DNA of 64,000 nt. Origin: Antedon mediterranea. Lineage: Eukaryota; Animalia; Echinodermata. Of the stretch, positions 42,301 to 52,500 are shown in pieces. The translations under genes and the position numbers were made by a program. The number at the start of each line of letters is the position of its first letter. Within the stretch, counting starts at the first letter, position 1. A model generated the notes under the pieces. The model had not been told where the DNA came from. It worked only from the letters and a program-made list of their open reading frames with translations, and searched no databases. Where the stretch lies: assembly GCF_964355755.1 (NCBI RefSeq), contig NC_092672.1, positions 37,330,437 through 37,394,436 of the forward strand, read 5' to 3'.

Positions 42301-45300
42301 TTTATCATTGTGTTTTACTCTAATCTGATTTGTTATAGTAAAACACAGTGCTAAATTGCTATGTGAATGTCATTTATCATGTTATTAAATGTTTCCTATT
42401 CTTTATCATTGTGCTTTACTCTAACCAAATTGGTTATAGTAAAACACAGTGCTAAATTGCTATGTAAATGTCATTTATCATGTTATTAAATGTTTCTTAT
42501 TCTTTATCATTGTGTTTTACTCTAACCAAATTGGTTAGAGTAAAACACAGTGATAAATTGCTATGTAAATGTAATTTATCATATTATTAAATGTTTCCTA
42601 TTCTTTATCATTGTGTTTTACTCTAACCAAATTGGTTATAGTAAAACACAGTGATAAATTGCTATGTAAATGTAATTTATCATGTTATTAAATGTTTCCT
42701 ATTCTTTATCGTTGTGTTTTACTCTAATCAAATTGGTTATAGTAAAACACAGTGCTAAATTGCTATGTAAATGTTATATATCATATTATTAAATGTTTCC
42801 TATTCTTTATCATTGTGTTTTACTCTAATCTGATTGGTTATAGTAAAACACAGTGCTAAATTGCTATGTGAATGTCATTTATCATGTTATTAAATGTTTC
42901 CTATTCTTTATCATTGTGCTTTACTCTAACCAAATTGGTTATAGTAAAACACAGTGCTAAATTGCTAAATGTCATTTATCATGTTATTAAATGTTTCTTA
43001 TTCTTTATCATTGTGTTTTACTCTAACCAAATTGGTTATAGTAAAACACAGTGCTAAAAATTGCTATGTAAATGTAATTTATCATATTATTAAATGTTTC
43101 CTATTCTTTATCATTGTGTTTTACTCTAACCAAATTGGTTATAATTTATTTAATTTCATTTCAAAAGACATTTACCTAAATTGCTATTTAAATGTCATTT
43201 ATCAAATTATTAAATGTTTCCTATTATTTATCTGGTTATATAGTAAAACACTGTGCTAAATTGCTATTGTATTAAGGACGAGTTCCGAGAAGATGTATTC
43301 AAAGCTACAACCAATCAGAACAGTGTTAATCAATATAGTCCATGGCTACAGCCAATCAGAAACGTCCAAATCGCAATAACCCCTAGGCTAATAGAAATTA
43401 TTGGTCCGAGTAGCCTTTTCAACCAGACGTTGCGAGGTTTAAAAAGTAAAACATGATTTACTCGCCAGTTTGGTATAGTTTATATACCTGCTATAGCTTT
43501 ACAATTTGTTTACGTCATTAGAGAATTCTGCAATATATATTTTACAAAAAACCGCTTTAAATTCCAACCTTTCGTTAAAAAGTTACGATAATTCAAAGTG
43601 TACGTTCATCTGTTTGTTTGTAGACCTTCTTTCGTGATTTTCAGAGACTTTTGGTAAGTTTTAAAGTTAATATTTGATATTTTCCGCACGTTTCTCCATT
43701 TTAACACCAGCGCTAATATTTAAAAGAGTATGTCTTCTATCATTCTCTTGATATCTTATTTTCTTACAGTTTCTTACATAATCGTAATTTTGGTTAAAAT
43801 ACAACATGTTTTTATAGGTGTGGGCATGTTGTCAGTAGTGATAAACGCCAGCGTGTAATCTGGGTAATTAACACCCTCCGATCGTATGTTTGTTGGCGGC
43901 TGGAATCGCCGATTCTGGTGATGCAATAGGTACACCACCAGGGCCTAGGCCTAGCCAGGGAGATGGTCTAATAACAAATCCCTGGCCTAGCCCTCTCCCA
44001 TAAATAGGCCTAGGCCCCTGCACGTATGCTAGGCGGGGAATTACCTATACAACTAAGCATAGCCTATAGAATAGGCCTATATAATTATAGGATGTCCACT
44101 ATAAATAATATTTAATATTAATACAACTCTATGACTATGTATGAATGTACTGACTGTAATTTATTTTGTTGTCTTCTTGTTATTCATTATAGGAATTTGT
44201 ACTGTAATAATGGAAATACAGGCTATTTGTCATTTATGTGGGCGAGAGACTGCTGCATCTGACTCAAGACGTCTAATTTTGAAATCTGATTATTCAGATT
44301 TAATCCAGCGTGCACTACAAGTAGATGTGAACACGGATATTCTCCCACCATACAGTTGTAACAACTGTAGAGTAAAACTTGACACATGGAAGAAGAATAT
44401 GCGCTCTAAAAAGAAGGATGTAAAAATTGGAATAAACCTTGCTGATTTTGATTCCAGTGAAAAACAGACAGAAGAATCTTTTTTCTGTGAGGCAGCAGTA
44501 GTTGCATTGCATCTCAAATGGGATACATTCTTTGGAAAGAAGGAGAAGACAAACACATGTTTACAAACATTGTTATTTGTACATGTATTTATTTTTAAAT
44601 ATGTATTTAATACAAAGAATTAAAAAATGACTCAGTATATCGATTATTTTTATTTACAGTATATCATTCATTAAAAGCCTTGGTTACATTTAGATATAAA
44701 GTACTGTACAGTACTTGATTTTTTCTTCTGCACTGTAGCCCCTTTCTTCTTTGTCTGTGCAGGGAGTTCCCTGGTCTGTGCAGGAACATCTTTGTCTAGA
44801 ATTGAAAAAAAAAAACAATTAACATAACTCCCTGGTCATACATTTAATCAGGCGTTGTCAATTTAACTCCCGGCATTTGTTAACAAATGAAAAATACATA
44901 AATCTTCCCAATTGTCAGTAGTGACAACCCAGGTCATAATTAATAAATGGAAATAATACTGCATCATCAGAAAGTTGTTTTTATTGGGGTAGGCCTAGCC
45001 CCTAGTTGACCGTCCCTCCCTTCCTTCCTGATGAAATATTAAAGTTCAATGAATAAATACCTGTAAAAAAAGGCAACGTAAAAAAGGCCTCCTTTCTTTC
45101 CTAGAGATTCTAGCTAGGAACGGTAGGCTGCAGTAGTATCAAATATTGAATAGGCTACACCAGTTACTAACCTGTTTCTTGAGTAGTAGTACTACTACTA
45201 GGCCTAGGTCGCTTAACACTAGGCCTACTTGAGCCAGGCCAATGCCCAATATTATTAACGTCGTGTTGTTGACAGCATTGCTCACAAACCCATTTGCCAG

Positions 45301-47991
45301 CTGGAACTTCAGAAGATGTGAGCTTCACACATTCAAAATGGAACCATTCATTAGGACATGCTTTTCCTTCACAAGCGATCATTTGATCGTCAGAACTTTC
45401 CCCACATGGGCAATACATTGGCACATTTTCATTTAGATCAACATCTTCTAAATCGCTATCATCTAAATCGGAAAAGTCTACGTACGTACATCGGTATAGA
45501 AGTCGTCAGTTGTCATTGTGTGTCGCGATTGTATCATCTGGCTTTCTGAAACACCATGACGATGTGTGACGTAGGCCAGAGTTATTCAAGCGGCGAAGAG
45601 CGAAGCAACTTTGACTTTTCTGCGCATGCGCGTGTCATTGATTACGTCAGGGAAAATTGTTTATTTGATGAGGAACTGTTTATCGGGGATTAAGTCTTAT
45701 CTATTTTACTTCCTGTCGGAAAAGTAGACTGATCAAAAGAACATACTATGATGTTACTCCATCTAATAACAACTCCCTGATATAAGGAAGTCAATGGCAT
45801 GATCGAATGTACTTCCTTTAGTACAATCAGGAGGGAAGAGAGAGGAATTCCCATCAGAGGTAATTTTTTTCATCATATGTTTTTAATCTAAAAAAGGAAG
45901 TGTATGCTGTAAATGTTTATTCAATAATTAAACTTATAAACTTATTTAATTTATTCTTAGAAAGAAATTCTAAACCACCCTGTAATTATTTTTATTGAAC
46001 ATACTCTTTAAAATAAATATATATTTAAATGGCTAGAGCAAGGCAATCTACTGTATCAACAGGATGCTCAGGGCCGGAGATCAAAGGGTTTATCTGTGGC
46101 TGCAACATGATCAGTTCCACACCCCTTAAGAGATCAAAGGGTTTATCTGTGGCTGCAACATGATCAGTTTCACACCCCTTAAGAGATCAAAGGGTTTATC
46201 TGTGGCTGTGACAGGATGCTGAGCTCCAGAGATCAAAGGGTTCATCTGTGGCTGTGACAGGATGCTGAGCTCCAGAGATCAAAGGGTTCATCTGTGGCTA
46301 CAACAAGTCAGTTCCACCTGCGCGCCTCAGAGAATTATGTACAGTACCGGACAGAATTATTGCAGATTTTTGCAGTTTCACGCCCCTTCAAGAGATCAAA
46401 GGGTTTATCTGTGGCTGTGACAGGATGCTGAGCTCCAGAGATCAAAGGGTTCATCTGTGGCTACAACAAGTCAGTTCCACCTGCGCGCCTCAGAGAATTA
46501 TGTACAGTACCGGACAGAATTATTGCAGATTTTTGCAGTTTCACGCCCCTTAAGAGATCAAAGGGTTTATCTGTGGCTGTGACAGGATGCTGAGCTCCAG
46601 AGATCAAAGGGTTCATCTGTGGCTACAACAAGTCAGTTCCACCTGCGCGCCTCAGAGAATTATGTACAGTACCGGACAGAATTATTGCAGATTTTTGCAG
46701 TTTCACGCCCCTTAAGAGATCAAAGGGTTTATCTGTGGCTGCAACATGATCAGTTTCACGCCCCTTAACCAAGGAGTTTTGAACTGCACAGCGGAGAATA
46801 TGTAAATAGTAAGCCTACCATACTGTGTTGGTATTTGTCGCAGCCAGACATAAGATCAAAGGACTGTTATGAGTTCCTAGGCGAGCTCAGTGTCCTCTTG
46901 TTGGACTGGTTAAAAACACTATTACCACGAAAATAAATGTTCTGCTTGATATATACAGACATCAATAATTTGACCACTGTAGGTTCAATGCGAGTTCATG
47001 ACAGATTTTTTTCACCAATACAGTAGCTAAGTATGATTTAAAATTATATTTCTATATAAAAAATACAGTACTGTTGTTCAACGAGAAAGCTTATTGACTG
47101 AATTGAAATTTTAGATGACAAAAATATATTTCTATACAGATCAATGACCTTTATTTCACAGTTTTATAATGCAGGGTGTGATTCTGTATAAAAAGAACAA
47201 ACCATACTTGTAATACAAATAATAGCATATTCAGTCTATAGACTAAATGTGTGACAATAGCCTTTGTTAGATGCATTGTGTTAAAACCAATCAATATTTA
47301 ATAATATATTAAGTATGAAAAACCAAGAATAATTAAATATTGTGATTGGAAATTTTAAAAACCGATTATGTGTTAATACCGTACCTACCACCTGCGATTA
47401 AATAAAAAAAATGTAATCATGCAATACAAATTGAATACTGTTGATAAGAAGTTAGGGCCCTCTCATACTGGGTGGGCCAGACAGAGCATATTATTTAATT
47501 AAATTTAAAATGTTCATATTTCAAAATGCGAAATCCAAAAATGCCTACAATACAACCATACCATCATGATGATATTGATGGGTGTATTCTGATGATCCTT
47601 TATTAGTTAGTCTTCTGACACAGTGAGTATTATTATGCCTAGGCCTAGTAGGCCTACTAGGCCCTAGTTTAGTTAAGGCATAATAAGCTGATGTTAAAAC
47701 TCATATTTCACCATTGTCATTGACATTACACGTCACCTAACAACATACTGAATTCTGTAGTCTGTCGCGGCGGTGGTTCGGCGATCAAGCCCTTGGGGCC
47801 GGGCCTTGTCTTGTTGTTGGCAGGTGGTGGTGGGTTGGTACTTATAATAATACTCTCCATCGATTCCCAGCCCAGCCTACACACAAAACGGGATACAAAC
47901 GCCTATCAAAAATTGCAAAACGATTTCGTAAATTTAAAAACAATTGGCATATTTACCTCTTAGTAGACAGGTGAACAACTCCGCACACCAT
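27396..47991 (-). CDS. NUDT9: ADP-ribose pyrophosphatase, mitochondrial (exons 47991-47957 [putative], 32384-32133, 30848-30750, 30573-30487, 30297-30189, 28076-27933, 27626-27396; ~318 aa)
   Basis: [60 protein letters not shown] (NUDT9 Nudix box), [21 protein letters not shown]. Exon 1 is inferred from phase match and a transit-peptide-like sequence. Confidence 0.93.
28209..30063. repeat. 50-bp minisatellite in a NUDT9 intron, split by a CR1 insertion
   Basis: Unit CATCTCTGGCATCAACAACAAAGGCACATGCCACGCATATATGTATATAA on both sides of the LINE. Confidence 0.95.
28747..29603 (+). mobile_element. 5'-truncated CR1-type LINE (RT C-terminal part, 3' UTR, (AACTA)n tail)
   Basis: [82 protein letters not shown] open to 29535. 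Confidence 0.92.
32479..33690 (-). mobile_element. Non-autonomous Helentron/DINE-1-like (HINE) element
   Basis: Minus strand begins TTATTGGTTATCCGC-ACTTG-GCGGATAACC (subTIR plus inverted copy). It ends GCGGATAACC, hairpin ACTCGTC/GACGAGT, CTAGTT. Confidence 0.75.
34820..37910. repeat. ~101-bp palindromic satellite, left arm (~30 copies)
   Basis: Unit contains CACTGTGTTTTACTATAACCAA-T-TTGGTTAGAGTAAAACACAATG. A ~796-bp higher-order repeat is visible. Confidence 0.95.
40142..40176. repeat. 35-bp perfect palindrome with near-TSD
   Basis: CATGGACCTATAAATTA-G-TAATTTATAGGTCCATG flanked by ATTGAAT/ATTGAAC. Confidence 0.8.
40455..41345. repeat. Inverted pair of 15-bp tandem arrays (GTCGATGAAAATTGC)n
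   Basis: Array at 40455-40680 and its reverse complement at 41085-41345. Confidence 0.85.
41735..43265. repeat. ~101-bp palindromic satellite, right arm in inverted orientation (~15 copies)
   Basis: Reverse complement of the 34820-37910 monomer. Confidence 0.95.
44210..44623 (+). CDS. Truncated transposon protein with RAG1-N-terminal/Chapaev-like C2C2 zinc finger
   Basis: [11 protein letters not shown]...[32 protein letters not shown]. Acceptor at 44192, upstream donor at ~43634. The C-terminal end runs into AT-rich sequence, consistent with a deletion junction. Confidence 0.6.
   Translation: MEIQAICHLCGRETAASDSRRLILKSDYSDLIQRALQVDVNTDILPPYSCNNCRVKLDTWKKNMRSKKKDVKIGINLADFDSSEKQTEESFFCEAAVVALHLKWDTFFGKKEKTNTCLQTLLFVHVFIFKYVFNTKN
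44670..45516 (-). pseudogene. Acidic tract plus ING-type PHD-finger gene (exons ~45516-45172 and ~44796-44670), frameshifted near its start
   Basis: [53 protein letters not shown] is a C4HC3 finger. The upstream ATG is out of frame across a GTAC repeat at ~45478-45488. Confidence 0.7.
46060..46770. repeat. Composite tandem repeat built on AGAGATCAAAGGGTTTATCTGTGGCT
   Basis: Short ~47-54-bp units combine into a ~162-bp higher-order unit repeated three times. Confidence 0.9.
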
Positions 47992-48308
47992 AAACAAGTG
48001 AATGTTGTCATACACTAACCCAAATAATGATCTTTTTTACTGAACAAAAATGTCATTTTGCGAAAAAACATCAACAATAATGAATTTGAGTGTTGGCGTG
48101 GCGATAGAGGGGGCTATATACAAAAAAACGGTCTAATATATAGAGCACCCTCTATATAATACCAACATTATTTTGTTACTATCGCGACGTACGTCTACAA
48201 TAATAATAATATATCGTTGTAGTTGTATCTTTTAATCTTTAAAAAAATTACAAAAATAACGTTCAGTGATAGTGAAACAGTCAGAATTCTTTTTTTTTAA
48301 ACTTTAAG
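47992..48308. promoter_or_regulatory. Probable bidirectional promoter NUDT9/CCDC65 and CCDC65 non-coding exon 1
   Basis: Inverted ATAGAGGG.GCT motifs at ~48104-48154 and a donor AAG|GTAGGT at 48308. Confidence 0.45.
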
Positions 48309-48629
48309 GTAGGTGTCAGTTGATCATTTTTACTATGAATATAAACAATAACTGATATAAAGAGCAATATAAAATGAATAGGCCTAGCTAGTAGTAGTAG
48401 GCTAGGCTAGGCATCAGAGAGGAGGCCTAGCCTAGTAGTACTACTAGCCTACTAGGCCTACTACTAGTCTAGACTAGAGGCTTAGCCAAGCTTGGCCTCA
48501 GTCAGGCTCTGCGCTTCTCCCTCTGATGTATGTTCTCAATCTCACCATCGAGGTCTAGCCTCTAGGCCCTACCTAGCTAGAGGCCTATTATTAGCTAGTC
48601 TTGCCTGCTACAGGAGTGTATTCTAGGCC

Positions 48630-49473
48630 GGGTGCAGGTCAAGTCGGCCCCAAACCGTCCCGGCCAAAGTCAAGTCGGCCCCACGTCAAGTCGGCCCCAA
48701 GTCAACTCGGCCTCAAGTCAACTCGGCCTCAAGTCAACTCGGCCTCACGTCAACTCGGCCAAAAACTAATCGGTCAACTCGGCCACAATAAAGTATGGAA
48801 CGCAAAAAGTACTTAATATTATTACGATTCTTACTATCCACGTTTTAAAAAAAATGAAGAAATAAAAAATATAATATCATATAAAAAAAATGAACTCATT
48901 GCCGATATGAATAGAAGTACCCGCGTGTTACAAAAAACACGTGCAGGTACCGTATTTTAGGAAATCGAAGACGGAGGCCTACGTTCCACCATTTGGCCAT
49001 AGAAAAAATGATCGTACATCGTTTTTGTGCATGATTTGCGTTTTAAAAAAAGGGGAATCCCCCGGTCAGCGAAAACACGTAGCAGTTGTAGATATCGAAA
49101 AAGCTGGCAAACGCACAGGGAGGCTCAGCTACGAAATTTTATTAAACGTAAATAAAGGAAAGTTGGTGAAATCATTCCTATTTTTTTTTGCTAAATATAT
49201 TATTGTCTAAATAATAGTATTCATTAAAAGTCAGAATTATTCATAGTTAAAAAATTGTGAAGAAATATTATTTTATCAATCCCCTTTATTTGCACTTTTT
49301 GCGTTCCATACTTTAATGGGCCGAGTTGACCGATTATTTTTTGGCCGAGTTGACGTGAGGCCGAGTTGACTTGAGGCCGAGTTGACTTGCGGCCGAGTTG
49401 ACTTGAGGCCGACTTGACTTGGGGCCGACTTGACTTTGGCCGAGACGGTTTAGGGCCGACTTGGATCGAAACC
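48630..49473. mobile_element. Mutator-like MITE with ~190-bp TIRs made of 15-bp subrepeats
   Basis: (AAGTCAACTCGGCCTC)n on the left and its reverse complement on the right. 9-bp TSD TTCTAGGCC/TTCTAGACC. Confidence 0.85.
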
Positions 49474-49513
49474 TTCTAGACCTAGAAACTTTATGTTTTT
49501 TTTACAGATAAAA

Positions 49514-52500
49514 ATGGCTCCCAAGAAGAAGAAAAAGTCTGGAAAAGGCAAATTAGCAAAGATGACGGAAGAAGAGAGAATTATTTACCTGGAACAAAAG
49601 GCATTGCAAGAAGAAGAGATGAAGAAGAAAAAAGAGGACATGCTCAATCAATTTCTTAAGGTTATCTAATTTGAATAAAGATTGTGAAAACAAGATTATA
49701 CTGTACATCATTAATAAAATACCTGTATAACAACGTAATATTATTTTTACAATACAAAACAAGACTTAAAAAATATGTTGTTTTTCTTCTTTTAGGATAA
49801 ACTTGTGAAGGAAGAGCGAAGTGCACATTTTAATCTTTTCAAATTAAACCACCAATGGCGAACTATCATGAGAACAGCTAAATCAAAAGAACTAAAAAAA
49901 GATATTGAGATTCTTAGTCAGACATTTGAAAGAGTCGTGGACCGTAAAGACAGCGTAATCAAGTCGTTAGTTAAAGATCTTGGAGAGGCAGAAGAGCAAT
50001 ATTCCATGGCATTGAGAAGTCATTTACAAAATATGGATCATTTAATAGGTAAATATGTTATCAGAAATGGAGTAGTAGTCAGTATCCAGTATAAAGTGTG
50101 GCTTATCATACACTTCCATAATTTTATTTACTTTTTTTTAACTGTTTTATCATGTTTTAATGTAATATAAATGAGCACCTACTGTTTTATCATGTTTTAA
50201 TGTAATATAAATTAGCACCTACTGTTTTATTTTTTGTTTTATAGGCTGCCTCATACATTATTTAATATTATATACTTATAGAGAGAAATAAATGTTACTT
50301 TGATTGATTGATTGAAACACCAACTTTCAAAATTGAATAACTATATATATTAAACAATTGGTTAATGACAAATTTCAAAGTTACAACGTACTTTAATCCT
50401 CATACAGAATCCTTATGACCATGCTATAGTATAGTATTCATAGTGGTATATTTAATACTTAGCTGCATAAAACCACTCATTTTGAAGCCTGATGTAGATG
50501 TAAATCTATTTTTAGATCTTCAGCGATGTCGTCTTGAAGTGTTACTAAGTGAATACGAGGAAGAACTAAAAGTGCTCAAGAAAGAATTTGACACAGAACG
50601 ACAGATGATCGTAGAACAACATAAACAAGAGATGAATGACCTTCAAGATATTCTATTTGCTATGGAAGAGAATGCTAACGAACGAGAAGCAGAGGCTAGG
50701 CAAGACTTTCAGAGTCTGAGAGATGAGATCAAAAATAAGGTTAAGATTTCATGGCCTGTCACTTTAATTTTTAATTGCTCTTTTTACTTTATTTATTTAT
50801 TTCATAGATTACTTTTATTTTTATGTAAAGCGCATAGAAGTGTTATGCGTTATGCGCTTAAAACTCTAAATTTATTATATTTGGACTTGTTGGGTGTAAC
50901 AATAGTACATTGTCTAAACTCTATTCTAACCATACTTAATTACCCGAACATATATGACTAGATTCCTACATAATTTCCTATCTGCCATTGTGACAGCCAG
51001 TTCATCTCTCTGTTTACCAGTATCCATCTCCAGTACATCAGTATATGTGAGAGCTGGCCTTCATAGAGAAAAAAAAACAGAGCTTTTCCTTCACCAAACC
51101 CCACTTCATCTAATTACCAATACTTTTTCAAAATGTTGGTTCAGCTGTTGTTGCTCACTCTCTTATATTTTCATAGCTCTGTACATATTAGTGTAAATCA
51201 AAACAGCATGTTTCTTATTCCTATAGAACCTTGAGGAGAAGCATGCCCTGCGGATCCAACTGGAAAGCCAAGTGGAAGATTTATGGAAGCAATTTCAACA
51301 GGCTTTGAGGAATTACAACGAAACAACGGAAGAAAGAAAGGCAGCGTTTGAAAACCTTCGTGATAAAGATGAAAAAAGTGCAAAAGAGATTGAAATGCAG
51401 ATGAGGAAGTTACAAAGAATATCTGTAAGCCTGAGTTGTTGTGATTTGTAGATGCTCTTCTATTAGTGTGCTATGTACAGTTCCTAACACCAAGATCATT
51501 TTCATTGTATAGTATATTATTAAAATGAAATGAAAGGTTACTTACAGTATACCAGGATTACTGATCAAATAAATAATGTAATGTACATGTAATGTACAGT
51601 ATGGATAATGTACAGTATGGATAATGTACAGTATGGATAATGTACAGTATGGATAATGTACAGTATGGATAATGTACAGTATGGATAATGTACAGTATGG
51701 ATAATGTACAGTATGGATAATGTACAGTATGGATAATGTACAGTATGGATAATGTTTATCATTTATTAAGCTCTGTCTACATTATCCAACTAGGTGGTGA
51801 TATGCCCAAATATGGTAGTGATATGACATCATTATTTCCATATACATTTGTCTGGTGCAACTCTTATCCTTCCAGTATTAAAAAACTTCAAACTCTTCAA
51901 AAAAAGGCCATCAGGGTTATATCTGGCGCCCCACCCCTGTCTAATTCATCTCATCTTTTTTCAAAGCTTAATCTTCTCAAAGTCTCCGATATCAATCTAA
52001 CCCAACAAGGCTCGTTCATCTTTTCTTCTATTAATTCCAACCTTCCCAAACATCTCTGCTCCATGTTCACTCCAAATTCTTCAATTCATTATCATAATAC
52101 CCGTATTTGTTCAAAATTACATATTCCAACCCATAAAACCAACCACTTTCAACACAACATTAGGTATTCCGGACCCACTTTTTGGAACGATCTGCCACTC
52201 CCCATCTTAAACTCTGTTTCTAGTTAATCATTTTTATCTTAACTTAAAAGTCACCTTATTGCCAAATATTAACTTTTCCTCGGTCAGTTTTTTTATTTAT
52301 TTATTTTTTTATTTTTGTATTTTTTTTATTTTATAAATTTTTATTGTCTGTGTCTGTAATAGGTACGTCCTCCACAAGATGTGTTTTTCATCTTTCTGGG
52401 CGTGTACCTTCTTCTTTCGAATTTTGTTTACATATTTATTGATCACTGAAATCTATTTTGTATATGAAAGGAGAAAATAAATGTTGCTTTGAATTGAATT

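Larger units (their letters stand above)
34421..43493. mobile_element. ~9-kb nested foldback-type element with inverted satellite arms
   Basis: Inverted termini ATACCAAA(T/C)TGGCGAGTAAATCATGTTTTACTTT at 34439 and ~43443-43476. Satellite arrays lie in opposite orientation. Exact ends are ambiguous. Confidence 0.7.
34165..45779. mobile_element. 11.6-kb TIR DNA transposon (CA..TG ends, 7-bp TSD; P-superfamily-like), internally deleted, with nested foldback
   Basis: Perfect 28-bp TIR CAGGGAGTTGTTATTAGATGGAGTAACA at 34165-34192 and 45752-45779. TSD ATATAAG at 34158-34164 and 45780-45786. Confidence 0.9.

Noticed and set aside
34820-43265. CRISPR-like or true V(D)J RSS array
   Set aside because: Eukaryotic context, no unique spacers, no cas genes, and no ACAAAAACC nonamer at 12/23 bp.
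34165-45779. Bona fide ProtoRAG transposon
   Set aside because: TIRs start CAGGG rather than CAC, the TSD is 7 bp rather than 5, no RAG1 core or RAG2 kelch repeats are visible, and the PHD is ING-type.
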